Shown one piece after another: positions 57,862-64,000 of a stretch of 64,000 bases of DNA. Position 1 is the first letter of the stretch. Every line of letters begins with the position of its first letter. Under the pieces are notes generated by a model. The model did no database searches and was not told the origin of the DNA. It was given only the letters and a program-made list of their open reading frames with translations. The DNA is taken from the IMG/VR virus record IMGVR_UViG_3300035670_000078, positions 37,256 to 101,255 of that record, one strand, 5' to 3'. This DNA is from a virus. The translations under genes were made by a program, and so were the position numbers.

Positions 57862-57908
57862 GATTGGAAAACTCCTCTCGTGAACAATGCCCTAGCAATC
57901 ACAGGAGT

Positions 57909-59366
57909 TCAATTACCAACTACAGCCTTAGCGTCATCTTCCGTATCAGCTTGCTGGTTGGCGAGCTGATCTTGGATGTAGGCGGTGTAGAGGGCATTGA
58001 GAGGACGCTTCGAGACCGGGTCATCCCAGGGCTCGAGGCCGCGCTCAAGACGAAGCTCGTTCGGTGAGAGGAACGAGGAGACCGCCTTGAGGTCCAGCTC
58101 GATCTTCTTCTCTTCCGTGACCGCATCAAAGCCTCGGAAGGTGAGCCGGTATCCAGGCCAGTGAGGAGCAATGAGGAACTCATTGATCCAGCGCTGGATA
58201 GTCCGCATGAGCGGACGAAGGCCACGCTCCTTAGAGGCGATAATCCGATCAGTCGGAGAAGCCGAGCCAACCTGCGTCCTCTGGTTCTCCGTTCCGAAGA
58301 TGTCGCCCAGCTCGGCGGGGTCCATCTGGAACAGAGAGCACAGCTGCTTCTTCAGGAAGTTAATCCACTCGGAGAACTCCATCTCCTTGTTGGTCGATCC
58401 GAGAGGGTGGACCTTCAAGTATTCTTGGAGCGCCGGATTAACCTGGAAGAGCGGCGTGCGACGCGAATGTCGGATACCGGAGGTGGAGACCTCGATAACC
58501 CGCTGAAGCGTCGACATGCGGTCATCGGAGCCGATGATACCGGCCTCGATCAGGTTCTGGGAGTGGATACCCGTCGTGTAGTTGACGGTGTTGTGCGTGA
58601 TGGCGTTGACGAGGGCGGCCACGATGGAGACCGCCTTCTCAAGCTCAGGAGCGCCGTAGCCATTCCGATACATGAAGGTCTCGCGGTTGCGGATCCACCA
58701 TGACATCGTGTCGGGCGAGAACTCATTGACGATGCGGTTGTTGAGGACCTGGATATATCCGGTGTCCCGGATATCCCAGCGCATGTCTTTGATCTGGCTA
58801 CGGTCGGGAGCCTTCCGTCGCATCGTGGTCGGATCGGCGGGAACGAAGGCGCCGGGCTTGCCGGTCGTCACGTTCATCACCTTTTCCACGTTGACCTGAT
58901 CATACACGAGCGTGTCGTGAACGATCGCTCGGAGGAACGACTCGAACCCACCGGGGAAATAGGTGCCACCGCCGTTCAGGATGAACTCCTGAATCTCAGC
59001 GATGGTGGACCTATCCCGGCGAGTCAGGACGCGCTTCTTGTCATCGGGAGTGATGACATGGCCGAGGCTGTACGGATCAGGCTGCTGAACAGCGAAGTCA
59101 GAAGCCTGATTCATACGGGTCAGCAGGATCGCCGCGATATACGGGATGCGGGACATCGCCCGCAGCGTCGTATACGAGAGGATGCCCGTACCTTGATGGA
59201 TGTCCGACGGGAACATCGACTGGGCGGTGAGCCACATTGAGCTCATCGGGTCGAGGTTCGCCGCCTTAGGCGACGCCAAGCGCACTTCCCCGCCGGGCTT
59301 CAGTAGCTCCTTAGGGAGATCGCCCTTGGCGATGGTCTCAGAGCTGTCGGCGGTTTTGTCTGTCAC
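57909..59366 (-). CDS. portal protein
   Basis: DTLVYDQ, DPTTMR, NGYGAPELE, KEMEFSEW..LFQMDPAELG, SKERGLRPL, PNELR. Confidence 0.92.
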   Translation of the reverse strand: MTDKTADSSETIAKGDLPKELLKPGGEVRLASPKAANLDPMSSMWLTAQSMFPSDIHQGTGILSYTTLRAMSRIPYIAAILLTRMNQASDFAVQQPDPYSLGHVITPDDKKRVLTRRDRSTIAEIQEFILNGGGTYFPGGFESFLRAIVHDTLVYDQVNVEKVMNVTTGKPGAFVPADPTTMRRKAPDRSQIKDMRWDIRDTGYIQVLNNRIVNEFSPDTMSWWIRNRETFMYRNGYGAPELEKAVSIVAALVNAITHNTVNYTTGIHSQNLIEAGIIGSDDRMSTLQRVIEVSTSGIRHSRRTPLFQVNPALQEYLKVHPLGSTNKEMEFSEWINFLKKQLCSLFQMDPAELGDIFGTENQRTQVGSASPTDRIIASKERGLRPLMRTIQRWINEFLIAPHWPGYRLTFRGFDAVTEEKKIELDLKAVSSFLSPNELRLERGLEPWDDPVSKRPLNALYTAYIQDQLANQQADTEDDAKAVVGN

Positions 59367-62300
59367 GAGAGCTTACCTTTGACGTCCACGTAGCGAGCGC
59401 GGAGAGCGAGGGGTCCCTTCGCCATGCGAAGGTAGTGGGCTTGGCTTCGGACTGAGGCGGGGGCGAAGGCTAGGTCCTCGGCGAAGTCTGAGAAGTCACC
59501 AACTGACTCCTTGATATATTCATCAAGTTCGTTGGTCGGCACAAGACCTTTCGCAAGCCAAGCGTCGAGAGGGTCGATCGCCGACTTACCGGTCTCGACG
59601 AGACCGGCGACAGCCATGTTGGCCTTCTTGATCTCGTCCTTGCTCACCTCGGGCTCAGCCTTCTCCACCTTCTTGCCCGTGGCATCGGCAAGCATGGACT
59701 GAGCGCGCTTCCTAATCCCAGCCTTCACCGAGTCGGGGATCTGGGTACCCTCGAGGCGGGCGAGAGCGTTGCGGAGGTGAGGGAGGTCAACCTTTCCGTT
59801 CTTGTCCTTATAAGGAAGGTGACGGAGCGACCGGGGCGTGGTCTTGCCCTCACCATCCTTCTTTCCGCCGGACTCGACGTAGAGGAAGGCAGAGTCGGGC
59901 AGGTCGTTGACATAGGCGGTCGTCCAGACAGCCTTGCGCACCGGCTCGATCTCGTTGTCCTCCTCGGCAAGCTTGAGGACCTCGTTGTAGTCGCGGTTGA
60001 GAACCGCAACGCTCATGGCCTTCATCACGTCGTCGCTAAGCTCGCCAGCCTTCGACCGGCGAAGAGCGTTGACGTAAGCAGCCTGAGCCTGCGCACGGAT
60101 AAGCTCGTGCTCGGGCTGCTTGGTTCCCCAGTCAGCAAGCTCGACGGAGGACTTCACGACCTTTTCCTTATGGCGCCACTGCTTACACGACCAGTACTTG
60201 GCGGTGAGGATGTCCTTGCCCGCTGCCGTGTCGCAGCCGTGGCGGCTGCGGAAATTCTTGCGGCGCTCGGGATCGTCGCGGCGGATTTCCATGTTGGCGT
60301 CGCCAAACCGGATCACGCGCGTCTTGCCCTGAGCGTTGCGAGCGTTGACGACAAACTTCTTCTTGCCGTAGCCGGGCTCACCCTGACGGATGCGGCGGGG
60401 CTTGTTGTAGTCGTCGGGGATGCTGTCAGCCTTCACGACATCGACGTGGGTCGTCATGTCGGTGGCCTTGATGATCGACGGCTCGTTGACCGAATCGTCC
60501 TCCCACTCCTCGCAATCCTCGCAGCCTTCGCACTCAGCGCAGTCACCTTCCGTCTCAAGGAAGGGCTGGTGGTACTCGAGGAGCATCTTCTGGAGCTGAT
60601 CGATACCGAGGCTGCCACGGCGGCCGGTCCCATCGTGCGCGACGTGAAGCATCTGCCCGACGCGATCCTCGATGGAGACAAAGCCGTCGACGAACTTCTC
60701 GCCCGTGTGGATCGGGCAGTGGAACTTCACGCCCGGCGTCACGATGTTGGCGAAGTGGTCGCTCTCGACAAGCGAGAGGAACGCCGTCTTGTCGTAGACG
60801 TAGCGCGCCCGATTATCCCCGCGAGCCGGGGACAGCCGTGCGAGGAACTGGCCGCCCTTCTCGATCGCGTCGTCCAGCACCGCTGCCTTTGAAGACAGCG
60901 AGTTCTGGCCAGGCGTGGTCGACTTCTGTACAGCAGTCGCCGTCGTGAAGCTTGACGTCGGCAGATCGCTTGAAGTTGTAAGAGTCTGAACAGGAGAGGA
61001 TTTCTCGGCCTCGGTCGGAGAGCATGTCTGGGTTCCTTTATTGATCTTGTGCTTCTTTGACTGAAGCGTCTGAAGGATGCGCTGGATATCTGACTCGCGG
61101 CCCTCGATCGTGCCGTAAGCCTTTCGAACGGTCATCTCAGCGCGCTTGAGGTCCTCGGGGTCCGTCACGTCGCGCTCATCCCGCTTGATCTCAGCGCGGA
61201 TCTGCTCCTTCGGGTTTGCGGTCGAGTACGGGTCGGCGGCGCGCTTGAGGTCCTCGAAAGCCTTCGGGAACGCCTTGGCAGCCCCGAGATTCTCGAGGTA
61301 ACCCATCGCGATGCCAGGCGGGCAGTACGACATACCCTCAGGGCAGGGAGGATGGCCGAACTGGCGGGCGACCTTATCGGAGGCCTTGCGCACGCAAGCA
61401 GCTGCCTTGGCCATACCGTCGTTGGCGATGTCGAACTTAGGCGTCTTCGACAGATAATCGGCGCACATGATGGCCGCATTGGCGTGCATCATGGTCTCGC
61501 CATCGAAATGACCGACGCCGGCCTTCTTGATGAGCTTCTTAACCTGCGAGGGCTTGGCGTTGAAGAGCCTTCCCTCACCGGATTGACGCCGAGAAGCGAC
61601 GTGCTCAGCGACAACGGGCTCATGAACCGAGGCCATGTAGGCGTGCCCACGAGGGTGGGCGAACATGAAGTGGGCTTTGTCAGGGTGCTCGACGTCTTCC
61701 GTCGAGCCTCCCTTCTGCAACCCGGCCGTCGAACGGAGGAACCAAGCCGCTTTGTCGTGGTCAGCGGCCCGCTTGCCGAGGATATCGACCGTTCCGGCGT
61801 CATTTTCGGCCTCAGCGGCCTCGACACCCTGCTCGCAAAGCTCACAAAGCTGCTCATGGGCCGCGATCAGCTCGACCAACATGCCCTGAGCGTCGGCCGG
61901 CATGGCTCGAGGCTCGATCGAAACCTCATCGACGACGATTTGGAAGCCGCGAATGCGCTCGGCGAGCAGGTCAACGGCGTCAGCGAGGTCATCGTACTGG
62001 TCGCCGAAGAGCACATGGAGCTGCGGGAAGGTCGGGCCGGTCACGTTCCAGTGGAAAGACTGGGTGCGGTCGCGCAGAGCGATCGACGCGGTGAGGATTT
62101 CGCGCAGCTTGTCGGTCGTCTGGCCCTTAAAGAGGTCAGGATTGCCCGACTTCTTCATCTTACGGGCAACGTGGGTGGCCTCGGGGTGCAGCGCCAGCAC
62201 GTTATTGACGGGGTGACCGGTCTTCAGATGCACCAGCGCGGCCATGGCGGCTTCGCGGTCGGGGCTATCGGACTTGCAGCACTCAGCGAGGTACTCCTGA

Positions 62301-62704
62301 GCCTTCGCCATGGCGTCAGCGGCGCCCTTGGTGTCGTCATGGACCTTGGAATAACGGTTCCAATGGAACCGCTTGGTGTAGGAGCGGCGATCGCTGCCCT
62401 TATCATCCTTCCACATCAGCACGGGCTTCTTATCGATATCGCCCTCGGCGTCGATATCCACATGCTGGGGATGGGTTTCCTTCGACGGCTTATGGCCATC
62501 GAGGTCGTATTGAGCCTGCGCCTTCATCCAGGCATCGCCATCCTGACCTTTTTCAAAGTCGGGGGCGGCGCCTTTGGGGGCGGCAGTACCAACGGAGTTT
62601 ACGCCGTCCTTCACCTGGGTCCACTCCTTAGATGTGGAGGTGGGTTTCTCCCAGACGGAGCCATCGGCGCGCTGACGAACTGTACCTGCGGGATCTGCTT
62701 TCAT
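59363..62704 (-). CDS. 1113-aa multidomain putative capsid-internal polyprotein (degenerate TopoIB-like, Dps, DUF6321-like, DLPDSAF modules)
   Basis: Single ORF, GTGA-coupled to the portal; domain motifs recognised by eye (see findings). Confidence 0.8.
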   Translation of the reverse strand: MKADPAGTVRQRADGSVWEKPTSTSKEWTQVKDGVNSVGTAAPKGAAPDFEKGQDGDAWMKAQAQYDLDGHKPSKETHPQHVDIDAEGDIDKKPVLMWKDDKGSDRRSYTKRFHWNRYSKVHDDTKGAADAMAKAQEYLAECCKSDSPDREAAMAALVHLKTGHPVNNVLALHPEATHVARKMKKSGNPDLFKGQTTDKLREILTASIALRDRTQSFHWNVTGPTFPQLHVLFGDQYDDLADAVDLLAERIRGFQIVVDEVSIEPRAMPADAQGMLVELIAAHEQLCELCEQGVEAAEAENDAGTVDILGKRAADHDKAAWFLRSTAGLQKGGSTEDVEHPDKAHFMFAHPRGHAYMASVHEPVVAEHVASRRQSGEGRLFNAKPSQVKKLIKKAGVGHFDGETMMHANAAIMCADYLSKTPKFDIANDGMAKAAACVRKASDKVARQFGHPPCPEGMSYCPPGIAMGYLENLGAAKAFPKAFEDLKRAADPYSTANPKEQIRAEIKRDERDVTDPEDLKRAEMTVRKAYGTIEGRESDIQRILQTLQSKKHKINKGTQTCSPTEAEKSSPVQTLTTSSDLPTSSFTTATAVQKSTTPGQNSLSSKAAVLDDAIEKGGQFLARLSPARGDNRARYVYDKTAFLSLVESDHFANIVTPGVKFHCPIHTGEKFVDGFVSIEDRVGQMLHVAHDGTGRRGSLGIDQLQKMLLEYHQPFLETEGDCAECEGCEDCEEWEDDSVNEPSIIKATDMTTHVDVVKADSIPDDYNKPRRIRQGEPGYGKKKFVVNARNAQGKTRVIRFGDANMEIRRDDPERRKNFRSRHGCDTAAGKDILTAKYWSCKQWRHKEKVVKSSVELADWGTKQPEHELIRAQAQAAYVNALRRSKAGELSDDVMKAMSVAVLNRDYNEVLKLAEEDNEIEPVRKAVWTTAYVNDLPDSAFLYVESGGKKDGEGKTTPRSLRHLPYKDKNGKVDLPHLRNALARLEGTQIPDSVKAGIRKRAQSMLADATGKKVEKAEPEVSKDEIKKANMAVAGLVETGKSAIDPLDAWLAKGLVPTNELDEYIKESVGDFSDFAEDLAFAPASVRSQAHYLRMAKGPLALRARYVDVKGKLS
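61712..62125 (-). other. dps: Dps/ferritin-like domain within the polyprotein (aa 194-331)
   Basis: FHWNVTGPTFPQLHVLF...VDLLAERI...DAGTVD...HDKAAWFLRS. Confidence 0.9.
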
Positions 62705-62732
62705 GCCCGCATAAATGCCACAGCGCGGGAGG

Positions 62733-63524
62733 TTAGTCCACCTGTTGCGCCTGAACGATTTGAAAAACGTCCCAGATCAGTTTGAAAATATCAACCTGAT
62801 ATTCAAAGACTGTAACAGCGTCGGGACCATTTTCGCACAGCTCGATCGTGGCGGCCGGACCATTCATCGGACCGTTGACGGCGAGGGAGTCAAACCCGCT
62901 CACCCAGACCAGCGTCCAGCTATCATTAAGAAGCATGAGGCGCGGCTGCGGCAGCTGCGGGAAAACCTCGCGCAGCTGCCGCATCAGGGGGCGGATGATA
63001 TTCACCAGCAAAGCATCCCGGACCGGATCGGTGCGCGCCCGGCGGCGCTTCTTGGGCAGCGGCTTTTTGGCGGGCGGGACCAGGGCGGCCGGCTCGCGCT
63101 CATCATGCGGGGCATGGGCGGCCCAAACCACATCCTCATATGAAGATACCTGGATGGGATCGAGATAGACCTTCTCCCCATACCAACGGCAAACGGCCAC
63201 ATGAACGATCCGCCACGCCTCAAGCTCATGCAGATGCGGGGGGATATCCTTCAGATGCGTTTGCCCCACATGCTGGCGAAGCCACCGAAGGGGATTGGAC
63301 GCCAACCGCCGAAGCTCCCCATCGGTGAGCATCGTGGGGGTATTGGGCCATTTATGCTTCCGGCCCTCCCGCCGCTCCTCGCGATGGCAAATATTGCAGA
63401 GCCCCCGGCTGTTGTAAAAACGCCCCGGCTTCCCCAGACCGCATTTGCGGCAAACGGGGCAATAGACGGGGAAAGGCCGACCGCCCAGATACGCGCCGCT
63501 CTTCCTCGCCTTCGAAACGCCCAT
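62733..63524 (-). CDS. hypothetical Zn-finger-containing basic protein
   Basis: CPVCRKC...GLCNIC; start uncertain (ATG 63524 or GTG 63560). Confidence 0.55.
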   Translation of the reverse strand: MGVSKARKSGAYLGGRPFPVYCPVCRKCGLGKPGRFYNSRGLCNICHREERREGRKHKWPNTPTMLTDGELRRLASNPLRWLRQHVGQTHLKDIPPHLHELEAWRIVHVAVCRWYGEKVYLDPIQVSSYEDVVWAAHAPHDEREPAALVPPAKKPLPKKRRRARTDPVRDALLVNIIRPLMRQLREVFPQLPQPRLMLLNDSWTLVWVSGFDSLAVNGPMNGPAATIELCENGPDAVTVFEYQVDIFKLIWDVFQIVQAQQVD

Positions 63525-63632
63525 GGGCGTTAGGGTGGCACGGGCGGGCGGAAAGCACAAGGAAACGGAAACAAGGCACCCCCACTAGGGCGAAGCCAAA
63601 AACGCGCACCCGCCCGGAGGGCAGGTGACCCG

Positions 63633-63998
63633 AAATAATCGGACCAGGGATAATCGGTCCATGGATAATCCCCCCCCCCCCCCAGGGATAATCGGACCGG
63701 GGATAACCGCTCACGGATAATCAAGCCGTGGATTATCCGACCGGCGACCGGGGATAATCGATCCGTGGCCCAAATAATCGGGGCGAGGATAATCGGACCG
63801 GGGTGCCGCGACCAAATAATCGGGGACCGTGGGGTAGGGGGTGGGGGGTGGGGCGTATCATTATATATGAACGTGGGTGCCGTGTGCCGGTGTGCGGGGA
63901 TCGGTGTGTGTGTGTGTGTGTGTGTAGGGGGCCGGGGATAATGGGACCGGTGGTGCGGGAAGAAATGGGGCCGATGCCTGGGGGCCGGGGATAATGGA
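63633..63998. repeat. array of about 13 (G/A)(G/A)ATAAT(C/G)G-like motifs with C14, G-tracts and (GT)11
   Basis: Copies near 63633, 63648, 63663, 63686, 63701 (variant), 63715, 63730 (inverted), 63752, 63772, 63787, 63813, 63936, 63989. Confidence 0.85.
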
Positions 63999-64000
63999 TT

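Noticed and set aside
59777-62785. Long + strand ORFs (371 aa and 477 aa)
   Set aside because: Antisense shadows of the 1113-aa gene; no motifs recognised
63352-63994. ORFs over the terminal repeat tract
   Set aside because: Low-complexity translations produced by the repeats; no RBS or codon-bias support
63633-63998. CRISPR array
   Set aside because: Repeats are only ~9 nt, spacing is irregular and short, and there are no cas genes
1-64000. Prophage, or alternative genetic code
   Set aside because: No integrase, att site or host genes seen; genes tile densely under the standard code using all three stop codons

Overview
The whole window is part of a large, GC-rich (roughly 60% by eye) dsDNA tailed phage genome with a contractile tail. 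Its head and tail genes resemble those of SPO1/A511/K-type phages, while spanin-like lysis genes suggest a Gram-negative host. Positions 0.5-17.6 kb (mostly + strand) hold a replication/recombination module: PIF1-like helicase, SbcC/SbcD-like nuclease pair, DnaB-like helicase, primase, family-A DNA polymerase with an N-terminal UDG-like domain and a mini-intein, UvsY-like protein, gp32-like SSB, RuvC-like resolvase and UvsW-like helicase. Positions 17.6-62.7 kb (- strand) hold the late module: portal, prohead protease, scaffold, major capsid, neck, sheath, tube, tail chaperone, tape measure, baseplate, fibres, a lysis cassette and glycine-rich paralogues. The window ends in a non-coding repeat tract. 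The most striking element is the 1113-aa gene just upstream of the portal (59363-62704). It reads as a multi-cargo polyprotein: an apparently intact Dps/ferritin domain nested inside a degenerate topoisomerase-IB-like fold, plus further small domains. These are delimited by hydrophobic-x-K|[AGS] motifs that also occur in the portal, protease, scaffold and capsid proteins, which suggests the prohead protease releases packaged cargo inside the virion. Other highlights are a candidate structured ncRNA (230-430), a probable +1 frameshift in the tail chaperone, an Acb2/Tad1-like candidate signal sponge inside the lysis cassette, and a HicB-like/AT-hook protein. All family assignments come from motif recognition by eye; no database searches were run. 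No terminase large subunit, tRNA, integrase or CRISPR array was seen.
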